Assembly: GCA_963828735.1 (NCBI GenBank)
Contig: CAWHFW010000002.1
Location: 96,001-160,000 of the forward strand
Origin: an uncultured Gemmatimonadales bacterium
GTDB taxonomy: Bacteria > Gemmatimonadota > Gemmatimonadetes > Gemmatimonadales > GWC2-71-9
Direction: 5' to 3'
Length of the DNA stretch: 64,000 nucleotides
Shown in pieces: positions 1-11,657 of this stretch. The translations under genes and the position numbers were made by a program. Within the stretch, counting starts at the first letter, position 1; each line of letters opens with the position of its first letter. The notes below the pieces were generated by a model. That model made no database searches. It was not told the origin of the DNA and was given only the letters and a program-made list of their open reading frames with translations.

Positions 1-2
1 TG

Positions 3-83
3 GTGGCAGCGGCCGATGCCGACATCGGCCCCCTGCTCTACGACTTGCGCCAGCATCGTTCGGCGCTCGTCCCGCTCCTCTGA
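3..83 (+). CDS. 3' end of upstream gene (possibly Roadblock/LC7-like), truncated by window edge
   Basis: Reads VAAADADIGPLLYDLRQHRSALVPLL*; TGA 81-83 overlaps the next ATG. Confidence 0.4.
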   Translation: MAAADADIGPLLYDLRQHRSALVPLL

Positions 84-1114
84 TGCGCTGGGCCGTACTT
101 CTCGCCGGGGGATCGGGCACCCGGTTCTGGCCGCTCAGCACCCCTCAGACTCCGAAGCAGCTTCTTCCCCTCTCCGGCGCCGGCTCCACGGCCGAGGAGG
201 CGGTCGAGCGTCTCACCGGGCTCATCCCGCGCGAGCGGATCCTCGTCGTCGCGGGAGAGGGCGTGGCCCCTCGGCTCCGCGCGCTGCTCAGCCTCCCCGC
301 GGAAAACTTCCTGATCGAGCCGCGCGCCGCGTCCACCGCGCCGGCGCTGATCTGGGCCACGTGGGAAGCCCGGCGCCGCGACCCGAACGCCGAGGTGCTC
401 TCGCTGCATGCCGACTGGGCGGTGGGGGATGCGGCCGCCTTTCGCCGCACGGCCGACGTCGCGCTGACCACGGCGCGGACGCACGAACGGCTGGTCACCG
501 TCGGGGTCGTTCCGTCGCGGCCGGAGACCGGTTACGGCTACATCGTGCCGGGTGCACCGCTCGACGGTGGGGCGCGAACCGTCGCCCGGTTCTCGGAGAA
601 GCCGGACGCCGCCACGGCTCTCGACCTGATGGCGGCGGGTGCGCTCTGGAATAGCGGCCTCTTCGCCTGGACCGCTCGGCGGCTCCTGAGCGAGGTCGCG
701 CGGCACACGCCCGAGGTGGCCTCCGCGCTCCCCCGCCTTGAGACCGGCGACGTGGCCGGCTTCTTCCGGGACGTCACGCCGATCTCGATCGACGTGGGCC
801 TGCTGGAGCGCAGCGATGCCGTCGCGGTGGTGAGCGGCGCCTTTGCCTGGGACGATGTGGGCACCTGGCAGGCGCTCGCCCGCGTGCGGCCGAAAGACCC
901 GAGTGGAAACGTCGCTGGTCGGCCGCGGCGTCCTGGAGGAGTCGCACGACTGCATCGTGTGGTCGGAGCGCGATCCCGTGGTCCTGTGCGGCGTTCAGGA
1001 TCTCGTCGTGGTCCAGGCGAACGGCCGCATTCTCGTCATGCCGACCGAGCGCGCGGCCCAGATGAAGCAGCTCCTCGATGCCCTGCCCGCCGACATTCGC
1101 GATATCGGGCATGA
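83..1114 (+). CDS. manC: Mannose-1-phosphate guanylyltransferase (two compensating indels near 913 and 1108)
   Basis: LAGGSGTRFWPLS..PKQ, PETGYGYI, F.EKPD, WNSG, SIDVG, WDDVGTW motifs; C-terminus (GVQDLVVV) lies in the 843.. frame. Confidence 0.9.
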   Translation: MRWAVLLAGGSGTRFWPLSTPQTPKQLLPLSGAGSTAEEAVERLTGLIPRERILVVAGEGVAPRLRALLSLPAENFLIEPRAASTAPALIWATWEARRRDPNAEVLSLHADWAVGDAAAFRRTADVALTTARTHERLVTVGVVPSRPETGYGYIVPGAPLDGGARTVARFSEKPDAATALDLMAAGALWNSGLFAWTARRLLSEVARHTPEVASALPRLETGDVAGFFRDVTPISIDVGLLERSDAVAVVSGAFAWDDVGTWQALARVRPKDPSGNVAGRPRRPGGVARLHRVVGARSRGPVRRSGSRRGPGERPHSRHADRARGPDEAAPRCPARRHSRYRA

Positions 1115-2292
1115 CCGCCCTCTACCTGCTCGAGCCGAGCGATCCGGGCGCCGCGTGGGCGCCGTTCGCCGGTGTACGGCCGATCGCCGAGCTCCGAGCG
1201 GGGGCCTGGCGAGTGCGGGAACGCTGGGAGGCGGCGTGCCAGATCGACGCCACCGCGATTCTGGGCGATCACGTGGAGCAATTCCACGAAGGCGACGAGC
1301 CTCCCGTCCGGCCGCTGGAGCCGGTGGACGGCCCGGCGATCGTCGGCGCCTCGTGGTTCGCGCCCTCGGGTGATCGGATCCCGGATCTGCACGCGTCCGG
1401 CGCCGTGCGCCGATTGCGCCATGGCGACCACACGGTCGGCTGGCTCGTTCCCGCAGGGGAGCGATGGGACGGGCCACACGAGCGCGGAGAGGCCCGCGAG
1501 GTGGACGGGCTCGTCCTGGGCGGCGCGTTCGATCTGGTCACCGCGCTGGAACGATTCCTCGGCGAAGATTGCGCCGACCTCAGGGCGGCGCCGGCTACCG
1601 GCGTCCCCGAGGGCAGTCTCGTGCTGGGCGACGCGGCCAACGTCGTGGTGATGGGATCGGCGGTCGAGCCGGGCGTGGTCTTCGACGTTCGCCTCGGCGC
1701 GGTCGTGCTCGAGCCAGGTGTGGAGGTGCGGCACGGCACTCGGCTCGAGGGCCCCGTCTTCGTCGGCGCGCGCTCGAAGGTGCTGGGGGGATTCATCCGC
1801 GCCTCGGTGTTCGGCCCGGAGTGTCGGGTCCACGGGGAGATCGCGGCGTCCGTCTTCCTCGGCTATGCCAACAAGAGTCACGACGGCTTCGTCGGACACA
1901 GTGTCGTGGGCCACTGGGTGAACCTCGGCGCCCTGACCACCACGTCCAATCTCAAGAACACCTACGGCGCGGTCCGGCTCGAGGTCGCGGGTCAGCGCAT
2001 CGAGACCGGCCGCCAGAACCTGGGCACGCTCTTCGGTGACCACGCCAAGACCGCGATCGGAACGATGCTCGCGACCGGCACCGTCGTGGGCGCGGGCGCG
2101 AACGTGTTCGGACCCGCAGCGCCGCCGAAGTACGTGCCGCCGTTCGCGTGGGGTGGCGAGGGGGCCGAACGGCTCACGCCGGACGGTTTCCTGCGCGTCG
2201 CCGAGCGCGTGATGACCCGTCGCAACGTGGACATGACCCCGGAGCGTCGGCGCTCGCTCGAGCGGACCTTCCACCGCGGGATCGGTGAATGA
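1111..2292 (+). CDS. GlmU-like sugar nucleotidyltransferase/hexapeptide-repeat protein
   Basis: RPIAELRAG N-terminus; NKSHDGFVGHSVVGHWVNLGA..TSNLKNTYG; ATGA overlap with manC. Confidence 0.8.
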   Translation: MTALYLLEPSDPGAAWAPFAGVRPIAELRAGAWRVRERWEAACQIDATAILGDHVEQFHEGDEPPVRPLEPVDGPAIVGASWFAPSGDRIPDLHASGAVRRLRHGDHTVGWLVPAGERWDGPHERGEAREVDGLVLGGAFDLVTALERFLGEDCADLRAAPATGVPEGSLVLGDAANVVVMGSAVEPGVVFDVRLGAVVLEPGVEVRHGTRLEGPVFVGARSKVLGGFIRASVFGPECRVHGEIAASVFLGYANKSHDGFVGHSVVGHWVNLGALTTTSNLKNTYGAVRLEVAGQRIETGRQNLGTLFGDHAKTAIGTMLATGTVVGAGANVFGPAAPPKYVPPFAWGGEGAERLTPDGFLRVAERVMTRRNVDMTPERRRSLERTFHRGIGE

Positions 2293-3098
2293 TGCGCCTG
2301 TTCGTGCTGGGCTCGGGGTCCCGCGGGAACTGCTTCGCAGTCGAGACGGAGGGTGTGGCCCTGCTGCTCGACGCGGGATTCAGCGCGCGCGAGATCGAGC
2401 GGCGGGCCGAGTCGTCGGGGCTCGAGCTCGGCCGGGTCGCCGCGATCGTCCTGACGCACGAGCACGGGGACCACGCGTCGGGCGCACCGAGGCTGGCCCG
2501 GCGCCTGCGAATTCCGGTCCTCACCGCGCCCGGAACCTGGGATCGACTCGCCCCACGGATGCGGGAGGCGACGCACCACGGCCTCGGCCTCCGGAACGCG
2601 ATCGAGGTGGGGCCGTTCCGCGTCCAGGGTTGTCCGACCAGCCACGATGCCGCCGAGCCCATGGCCCTCGCCGTACGGACGGCGGATGGCACGAGTCTCG
2701 GCGTCGCCTACGATCTCGGGCGCGCCACGTCCGCCGTGCGCTACCTGCTGCGCGAGCTCACGGCGCTGGTGCTCGAGGCGAACCATGACGAGGTGGCCCT
2801 GAGGACGAGCGGCTACCCGCCGGTGGTACAACGCCGGATCGCCGGCTCGGGCGGCCATCTGTCCAACCGTGCCGCCGCCGACCTGCTGGCCGAGCTGCAC
2901 CATCCGGGGCTCGCGGTGGTGGTGCTCGCCCACCTCAGCCAGCGGTGCAACACCGCGGAGGAAGCGCGCGCGACCGTCGCCCCGGCGCTCCGGCGCGCGG
3001 GCTTCGGCGGCGAGCTGCACGTGGCCGCGCAGGATGTACCGCTGCCGCCGATCGACGTGGCGATGCCGGAGCGCGCGCAGCTCCGATTGGCGCTGTAG
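2289..3098 (+). CDS. MBL-fold metallo-hydrolase (YycJ/WalJ-like)
   Basis: LGSGSRGN, THEHGDH, SHDA, EANHD, GHLSN, HLS motifs. Confidence 0.88.
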   Translation: MMRLFVLGSGSRGNCFAVETEGVALLLDAGFSAREIERRAESSGLELGRVAAIVLTHEHGDHASGAPRLARRLRIPVLTAPGTWDRLAPRMREATHHGLGLRNAIEVGPFRVQGCPTSHDAAEPMALAVRTADGTSLGVAYDLGRATSAVRYLLRELTALVLEANHDEVALRTSGYPPVVQRRIAGSGGHLSNRAAADLLAELHHPGLAVVVLAHLSQRCNTAEEARATVAPALRRAGFGGELHVAAQDVPLPPIDVAMPERAQLRLAL

Positions 3099-3153
3099 TC
3101 CTACCCCGCCGCGGCGAAATCCCGGCATCGGGGGCGGGATCGCCACAATGCCG

Positions 3154-3199
3154 CGAGGGATCCACTCGGACCGGGTTCGGCCGCCGAGTGGATCCCTCG
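3154..3199. terminator. Hairpin between convergent genes (terminator or REP-like)
   Basis: CGAGGGATCCACTCGG...CCGAGTGGATCCCTCG, 16-bp perfect stem. Confidence 0.6.
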
Positions 3200-3257
3200 T
3201 TGCGTTGCTGGCCCGACTGGTTCGGGCCTTCCCGATTTCGTGATGTCTGCCGAGTGG

Positions 3258-3638
3258 CTATGACGGCTGCGTGTTGGGATCGGGTGGCACCTGCACCGAA
3301 TCGGGCCGTGGCGTCGGCGGGCCGACCTTCTGGAAGTTCACGGGCTCGTTCAGATCTCCGCCGGACAGCTTCAGGCTCTTTCCCTTCAGCTTGAGGCCAT
3401 AGTTGACCCACTCGCCACCGAGCGCCAGGGCCAGGCTGTCCCCCACGATGCGCCAACGGACGGTCTGGGTGCCGTAGCTGGCGCTGCTGTCCGGCCGCAC
3501 GATCACGGTGCGCGGACCTTCCTTCTTCGGATCCTGCTTCAGGTCAAACTTCCACGTCCCCAGAATCGCGGGCTGTTGGGCGCTCGCGATGCGCGGCACC
3601 GCAAGCATCGCCACCAGCAGGATACAGCCGAGCCTCAC
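3258..3638 (-). CDS. Hypothetical secreted protein (small beta-rich domain)
   Basis: Signal peptide ending ASA-Q, ILGTWK motif, GGAGG RBS. Confidence 0.7.
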   Translation of the reverse strand: MRLGCILLVAMLAVPRIASAQQPAILGTWKFDLKQDPKKEGPRTVIVRPDSSASYGTQTVRWRIVGDSLALALGGEWVNYGLKLKGKSLKLSGGDLNEPVNFQKVGPPTPRPDSVQVPPDPNTQPS

Positions 3639-3719
3639 GATGTCCTCCGGGTGTGACGGAATCCGCGGTTAATCGAGTGCGGGTATAGTCTAACCGCGGA
3701 CTCCGTGCCAACCAACCGC

Positions 3720-4338
3720 TCAGCGGCCGCCGAGCGGGAAACCGAAGCCCACTGAGAGATGGACGTCGTTCTGGGTGGTCTTGTCGGTCTCGAGCGTGGT
3801 TTCGTCGATGCGCGTGCCGTAGATGTAATCGTCCGCGGACACGAAGAGGCTGAGCACGCTCCCGAGGTGGAAACCGACCGCCGCGCCTACCACCCCGCCG
3901 AAGTCGTCCTTGTCGGAGACGCCCTCGTAGGCAGGGCCGCTCCGGCGGATGTAGCTGCCGCCACCGCTCAGGTTGAGCCAGACGGGGGACGTCACCGGCA
4001 ACACGAAGAAGGTGGCACGGGCCGAGCCGAAGAGCAGGTTCGCCTTGTCCTTGACCTGCTCACCGGTCGCCAGGTCGAGCTTGAGGTCGCTCGGCACGTA
4101 GGTGACCGTCGTGGTGAGCCCGAACCGCGGGCCGAAGAGGAATCCGAGTCGTCCGCCAACCGCAAGGCCGACCTCCTGCTTGAACTCGTCACCATTGGCC
4201 GCCTTGATCAGCTCGGACGTTCGGGAAGTACACACCGATCGTGGGCGAGAGCGACACCTTCTGGGCGGTGGCGGAGGCCGCCGGCAGAAGCACGGCCGCC
4301 AGCGCGACGGCGAGGACGCGGGACGTGGGGCTGAACAT
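3720..4338 (-). CDS. Outer-membrane beta-barrel protein (frameshift near 4220)
   Basis: AGGAG RBS then MFSPTSRVLAVALAAVLLPAASATAQ signal peptide; removing one A joins it to SELIKAANG...; amphipathic strands ending VHLSVGFGFPL. Confidence 0.65.
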
Positions 4339-4451
4339 CGGGGGTCTCCTGTAGAGGTCGTTGATATCGTGGGCACCCGGGATCGAGCGACCGGGTCATC
4401 CATAGGACGAGTCAAGCCGCTCCACATTCTCACTCATGCCTGCTCGAGTCA

Positions 4452-6583
<2,132 letters not shown>

Positions 6584-6636
6584 CTCTGTCCTCCACAGCA
6601 CTATTGGGGTGATGTAAGATATGGTTCTACAACGTT

Positions 6637-6663
6637 TTAGCACTCTAGATTAACGAGTGCCAA
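6637..6663. promoter_or_regulatory. CIRCE element (HrcA operator) upstream of groESL
   Basis: TTAGCACTC-N9-GAGTGCCAA, one mismatch from the consensus TTAGCACTC-N9-GAGTGCTAA. Confidence 0.9.
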
Positions 6664-6673
6664 ACTGGTGGCA

Positions 6674-6701
6674 AAGATAAGGCGATCATCAGTACTGTCA
6701 A
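6674..6701 (-). promoter_or_regulatory. sigma70-type promoter of groESL
   Basis: Minus strand TTGACA-N16-TATCTT directly upstream of CIRCE. Confidence 0.65.
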
Positions 6702-7097
6702 GCGCTTCGCGCCCCCGCGCCGGGAGCAACCCAGGTGCCGGCGAAACTGGTCAAATCGGCAGAGAAACGTGGCGGGACCGATACCGCGAGGAGGAACTCA
6801 GGTCAGGGCGACAGGAGAGGCTGTCAAGGCGACGGGGAGCACCCCCGGGGCGGTCGGCGTCAAAGATCGAAGCGCCGCTCCCGCCGACGAATCGTCCCCC
6901 GCGACGGAAGAACCGTCGCTGGGTTGAGCCCGTCACCGGCGATGAGCACGATCCACGATCGGCTGCTTGACATTGCCCGGAGGCCCTCGGAATTTCCGCA
7001 CGCCTGCGCCGGTACCATTGTCATGATGGAGGGCGCATAACTTGACCGGCGGTGGACGATGGCGCAACGCCGCCGGCCTCCTCGTCACGGAGTAGGA

Positions 7098-8231
7098 ATG
7101 ATGCTGTGGAGCCTGATGCTGGCCGCTGCCGTTGTTGCAGCCGCACCTGGCCCCGTGTCGCCTTCCACCGTCACCATGGTGGTGGACTCGTCCAAGCACG
7201 AGCTCACGATCACGGCCGGCCCTTTCGACCTGCCGAACATGCCCCCGATGGACGACCACGCGATGATGACCCCCGGCATGTCTCACGATGTGCCGGTGCA
7301 GCGCTTCGCCTGGCCGGTCGACGGATGGTTCCGGGGCTTCCGGGTGGCGGTGACGGATGCCCAAGGACACGAGCTCCCTCGCCACGTCTTGCATCACCTC
7401 ATCATCGTCAACTTCAGCCGCCGCCAGCTCGTCTACAGCGCGTCCGAACGCCTGATGGGGGCGGGAACGGAAACCGATAAGGAAGTGACCGTCCCCAAGA
7501 CGATTGGCATCCCCATGAAGCCGGGGATGAAGCTCGGCATGTACGTGGCCTGGCACAACGATACCGGAAAGGATCTCGACGGAGTCTATCTCAGGCTGAC
7601 CATGCTGTGGACGCCCAAGAACCAGAATCCGCGCCCGGTGAACTCCATGCCGCTCTACATGGACGTCAACCTGACCGTCGGTGGGAGCAACACCTTCGAC
7701 GTGCCCCCGGGCAAGTCCACGAAGTCGTTCGAGTTCACCCTTCCGGTCAGCGGTCGGCTGCTTGCCGTCGGCGGGCACATGCACGACTACGGTGTCGCCG
7801 TGCGGCTCGAGGACGCCGAGACCGGCAAGGTGATCACCAGCGTCGTGGCCAGGCGGGATGCGCTGGGGAAGGTCACCGGAATCAGCCGACGGCTGTTCGG
7901 GGTGAGCGGTGAAGGGCTCAAGCTCGAGGCCAACCACAAGTACCGCGTGGTGGGCGAGTACGACAACCCGACCAACGAGATCAGAGTGAAGGGTGCGATG
8001 GCTCACATGGTCGGCCTGTTCGTCCCCGACGACATGAGCAGGTGGCCCAAGATCGACCCGAACGATCCCGACTACCGGCGTGATCTGGCGCAACTGCAGG
8101 TGGAGGGAGGCCAGGTGGGGGCGGAGCATGGCGGCCACGACGGCCAAGGCCGGATGCAGATGGATCACGGTCAGATGGACCATGGCCAGATGCAGCACGC
8201 GGGGCCGAGCGCCAAGGGGAGCGATCGGTAG
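7098..8231 (+). CDS. Secreted putative copper type II monooxygenase-like (PHM/DBH fold) protein with His/Met-rich tail
   Basis: Signal peptide; VLHHLII, VAWHN, GGHMHDYG, GAMAHM in PHM-like order; MDHGQ repeats. Confidence 0.6.
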   Translation: MMLWSLMLAAAVVAAAPGPVSPSTVTMVVDSSKHELTITAGPFDLPNMPPMDDHAMMTPGMSHDVPVQRFAWPVDGWFRGFRVAVTDAQGHELPRHVLHHLIIVNFSRRQLVYSASERLMGAGTETDKEVTVPKTIGIPMKPGMKLGMYVAWHNDTGKDLDGVYLRLTMLWTPKNQNPRPVNSMPLYMDVNLTVGGSNTFDVPPGKSTKSFEFTLPVSGRLLAVGGHMHDYGVAVRLEDAETGKVITSVVARRDALGKVTGISRRLFGVSGEGLKLEANHKYRVVGEYDNPTNEIRVKGAMAHMVGLFVPDDMSRWPKIDPNDPDYRRDLAQLQVEGGQVGAEHGGHDGQGRMQMDHGQMDHGQMQHAGPSAKGSDR

Positions 8232-8283
8232 GCGGACCCACGCCCGCTCTCCGTCGCCCTCATCCTGGCTGTCCTGAACGAAG

Positions 8284-8335
8284 CGAGGGATCTTGGCGGA
8301 GAATGGGTCGAGCCATTCCCCGCCTAGATCCCTCG
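8284..8335. repeat. REP-like inverted repeat between convergent genes
   Basis: CGAGGGATCT...AGATCCCTCG arms with nested stems, preceded by GTCCTGAACGAAG. Confidence 0.55.
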
Positions 8336-8364
8336 ACGGCACCGCCGCCTGAGCCGGTGCCCTG

Positions 8365-9357
8365 CTAGAGAATCCGCCGCACCCCGACCCACCGCTTGTA
8401 CCACCACCGCCCGTACGGATCGTCGTCGCTCAGCACGCTCTCCTGCACGCCGTGCGTCGCGCTGTGAATGAACCGGCCGCCTCCGACATAGAGGCCGATG
8501 TGGGTCACCGGGCCGCCGCGGTTCGAGAACGTGAGCAGATCTCCGGGGACGAGGTGCGCCGGATCCTTCTTCACGTCCCGACCCTCGCGAGCCTGCTCGG
8601 CGCTCGTGCGTGGCAACGTGACACCGCGCTGGCCGTAGGCATACTGGATGAGCCCCGAGCAGTCGAACCCACCGCCGTCCGCGCCGGTGCCTCCGTATAC
8701 GTATGGACGGCCCATGACGTGCCGCGCGGTCGCCACCACGGAGTCCGCCAGCACCGCGGCAGAGGTGAGCGGTGGCCTCGATGCCGGCGTGGTCGTGAGC
8801 GGCGGCAGCGCCGAGTCATTGGACGTGGTGACCGGCACCGGTGCCCGAGGCGAGGCCGGCGCCTTCCGACCGCCGCCGCCAAGGCTGATGGAGATTCCCG
8901 CGGCGAATTCGAAGCCCTCGCGCTGGTCGAGCGACACCTGCCGGTAACGTCCTTCCGCGCCTACGTGCAGGAAGGACGCGGGCACCAGCTCGTATCCCAC
9001 GCCGGCCGACCACGAGCTCCACGTGCTCGAAAACGACTGCGAGTGCGCCGAGCCGAGCCCGGCGAGGAGGCCGGCGACGAGATAGGGGCCGCTGGCGCCA
9101 CCCCGGAAGGCAGTCAGATCGAGGCCCAAGCCGCCGAGCGCGCCGTCTGCGCCCTTGACGCGGCGGAAATAGTCGCCGTGGACGCTGGCCCCGATCGTGC
9201 CGCTCAGCGGCCGACTCACTCCGAGCCGATAGACCGTCCAGCCATCCTCCTGATAGAACCGTCCCACCTGGCCCTCGATCCCCTGCTGGCCGGCGGCCGG
9301 TCCCGTGATGACGAGGCATGCAACGGCGACCGCACCGCCAACGGCGCCGGCCCTCAT
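8365..9357 (-). CDS. NlpC/P60 (C40) peptidase with N-terminal beta-barrel-like domain
   Basis: PYVYGG..GFDCSG, PGDLLTF, HIGLY, FIHS catalytic motifs; signal peptide; Pro-rich linker. Confidence 0.85.
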   Translation of the reverse strand: MRAGAVGGAVAVACLVITGPAAGQQGIEGQVGRFYQEDGWTVYRLGVSRPLSGTIGASVHGDYFRRVKGADGALGGLGLDLTAFRGGASGPYLVAGLLAGLGSAHSQSFSSTWSSWSAGVGYELVPASFLHVGAEGRYRQVSLDQREGFEFAAGISISLGGGGRKAPASPRAPVPVTTSNDSALPPLTTTPASRPPLTSAAVLADSVVATARHVMGRPYVYGGTGADGGGFDCSGLIQYAYGQRGVTLPRTSAEQAREGRDVKKDPAHLVPGDLLTFSNRGGPVTHIGLYVGGGRFIHSATHGVQESVLSDDDPYGRWWYKRWVGVRRIL

Positions 9358-9734
9358 GATCGCTCTCGCACGGGACGGCCGGTCCGGAGATCCACGAGAT
9401 AGCTGTCACCGGGGCGGCAGTGGTCGGAGAGTCGGGCCCGCATCACCGTATCGTTCACGATCTCGGGAGCGGCGGACGTGTAGAGCAAGGGCACGGGGGT
9501 TCGGACGGCGCCGTGGCGAATCTCGATCGCTCGCGCGGTACAGCGGCCCGTGTCGCCGCTGTCGGACCGGGCGAGCGTGAACCAGACCTCCGCCCCGCCG
9601 GGCACGGTGGCCACGAGCGAGTCGGCCGGGGCGGCGGGAGGCGTGGCGTCGGTCGGCTTGGGCGCGGGCGCGCGCTCGCCGCACGCGAGCGCGCCGACCA
9701 CCACGCCGCCGAGCAGCAGCTCGCGGCCGGTCAT
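9354..9734 (-). CDS. Hypothetical lipoprotein
   Basis: MTGRELLLGGVVVGALAC lipobox; ATGA overlaps on both sides. Confidence 0.65.
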   Translation of the reverse strand: MTGRELLLGGVVVGALACGERAPAPKPTDATPPAAPADSLVATVPGGAEVWFTLARSDSGDTGRCTARAIEIRHGAVRTPVPLLYTSAAPEIVNDTVMRARLSDHCRPGDSYLVDLRTGRPVRERS

Positions 9735-10033
9735 TCGGGCGGCTCTCCGGTGACCGGGAGGCCGAGGCTCACCGTGTCCGGCGTGCCGTCCACGGTGACG
9801 GCCAGGACCTCGCGGACCTCGGGACTCTGCCGGAGATAGCGAAGCCACAGGATGATCGTCGCGAACCCGGTGGCGGCCCCACACACCGCCGTGACCACAA
9901 GGCCGTCCACTGGATTCTCGATCCGCATCGCGATCAACGCGCCAGCGACCGCGCCAAAAAACGAAGCTGCCCACGCCAGGAATGGCGTGAGCAGCCAACC
10001 GAAGATCCGGAAGATCAGCCGCAGCCACCGCAT
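9731..10033 (-). CDS. Hypothetical membrane protein (2 TM)
   Basis: Hydrophobic helices; translationally coupled. Confidence 0.65.
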   Translation of the reverse strand: MRWLRLIFRIFGWLLTPFLAWAASFFGAVAGALIAMRIENPVDGLVVTAVCGAATGFATIILWLRYLRQSPEVREVLAVTVDGTPDTVSLGLPVTGEPPE

Positions 10034-10036
10034 CGG

Positions 10037-10669
10037 TCAGCCGCGTTTGGCGCCCAGCCCCGAGATGAAGGCGGCCAGGGCGACACCGGGGAGGAAGGCG
10101 ACGGCGAACGTGCCGAGGTCCCAGCCGGCGCCTGGGAAGTGGATCAGCACGGCGACGACGGCCAGGACCACCGCGCACGCCACCGTGAGTCCGAACGCGC
10201 CGACGGGCGACGGCGCCGCGCCTTTAACCAGCTGGTTCGCGAGGATCCAGGCGCCCATCCATGGCAGGAACGTGCCGGCCATCCACCAGACCGGATGGTA
10301 CCACCAGTTGCTGCCGCCGCCGAGGTCGTACCAGCGGTGGCCGTAGGTCCCGATGTTCTGGAGCAGCGTGACGTCGATCAGGAGGAAGACGATCGCGGCC
10401 GCGAGTCCGATGCCCGCCGCCCCGGCGATCCCCTCGATCGTTCGGGGTCGCGTCCACAAACCCGGGAGGAGGATGACCACCGCCAAGCCGACGAGGACGA
10501 TCGCGCCGATGAGCACGGTCTGGAGCCCGCCGTTCATCAGCAGTCGGGACACGAGAGAAACCAGCAGGACGAACACGGCCTCGAGCAGGCCGAGCTTGAC
10601 CCCGCCGCGCACGATCGAAGGGATGTCGGTCAGGTCGTGGTCCGCACGCAGGTCCACTGCGGAATGCAT
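10037..10669 (-). CDS. Hypothetical integral membrane protein (~6 TM)
   Basis: Multiple TM segments; WYDLGGGSNWWYHPVWWM loop; GGAG RBS. Confidence 0.75.
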   Translation of the reverse strand: MHSAVDLRADHDLTDIPSIVRGGVKLGLLEAVFVLLVSLVSRLLMNGGLQTVLIGAIVLVGLAVVILLPGLWTRPRTIEGIAGAAGIGLAAAIVFLLIDVTLLQNIGTYGHRWYDLGGGSNWWYHPVWWMAGTFLPWMGAWILANQLVKGAAPSPVGAFGLTVACAVVLAVVAVLIHFPGAGWDLGTFAVAFLPGVALAAFISGLGAKRG

Positions 10670-10736
10670 GCCGTCTCCGGGGCGAATGAGGGTGGCGAAG
10701 TATACGTAGCCGTCGACGCGGGGGCCAAGGGGAGCG

Positions 10737-11657
10737 TCACGTGCCCCAGGCGAGCACCACGACGAGGTCGGTGACCGCCCATGCCGCGAGCGCGCGATAC
10801 ATGCCTCGCTGGTGATCGGCCGGGGCCAGGCGCGACCAGCGTCTCCGCCACGGCAGCAGCACCGCGGCCCAGCAGACGAGCGCCACCAGCAGCCCGCCCC
10901 ACCGCAAGGCGTCCGGCCCGCTGGAACGCCATCCGGCCCGAAGGCCGGCCGCGACGAAGATCACGAACGCCGCGGCGGCCGCGGCGAGCGCCACGGAAAG
11001 GCTTCGGCGGACGCCGAGCACGCAGGCGAGCGTTCGGTCGCCGCGCCGGGTGTCCTCCTCGACCTGGTAGATCTGGGTAAGCGGGTAGAGCGCCGCGAAC
11101 AGCGGGCAGAAGGCCAGCAGCACGAGGCCGCGCGCCGCATCGATGGGAATGCCCGTCGCGGTCCATCCGGCGGCAGGTGTGAATGTCCCGAAGCCCCACA
11201 TGTTGATCAGCCAGTCCGCGCCGGCGACCGACTTGAGCCGGAGCGGCGGAACCGAATACGCGATCGACAACACGAAGCAGACGGCGTAGAGCATCGGATA
11301 GGGCGCCGGGAGGCCGAACGAAAGGATCTGGCCGAGCGCCATGAGGGCAAAGCTGACCGCGGCCAGCCGCCGGGGCGGCGCGGGCGGGTGTCGGAGGTAG
11401 GCGATGTCGCCCTCGTCCCGGTCGAACGCGCTGTTGAGCGCGAGCGTTCCACCATTGAGGCACACCACCCAGAGCACGAGCCCCAGCACGGCGGCGACCA
11501 ACCGCTCGCCTCGGGCGGCGCCGGCGAACCCGACGGCGAGCAGATACCCTACGGCCGTGTGAGCCGCCATGATCGGCCACTCGGCGGGCCGCAGATGGAG
11601 CAGGTAGTCGAGTCGCCGTCCGAGGAGGCGGTAGCCCGCCTCGCGGTCAAGGCTCAC
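10737..11657 (-). CDS. UbiA-family prenyltransferase
   Basis: LRPAEW, NSAFDRDEGD, YSVPPLRLK, QVEEDTRRGDRT; GTGA overlap with coaX. Confidence 0.8.
   Translation of the reverse strand: MSLDREAGYRLLGRRLDYLLHLRPAEWPIMAAHTAVGYLLAVGFAGAARGERLVAAVLGLVLWVVCLNGGTLALNSAFDRDEGDIAYLRHPPAPPRRLAAVSFALMALGQILSFGLPAPYPMLYAVCFVLSIAYSVPPLRLKSVAGADWLINMWGFGTFTPAAGWTATGIPIDAARGLVLLAFCPLFAALYPLTQIYQVEEDTRRGDRTLACVLGVRRSLSVALAAAAAAFVIFVAAGLRAGWRSSGPDALRWGGLLVALVCWAAVLLPWRRRWSRLAPADHQRGMYRALAAWAVTDLVVVLAWGT

Noticed and set aside
6700..7050. ncRNA or small ORFs between groES and the copper-protein gene
   Set aside because: Only isolated TTGACA hexamers; no convincing structure or coding signal
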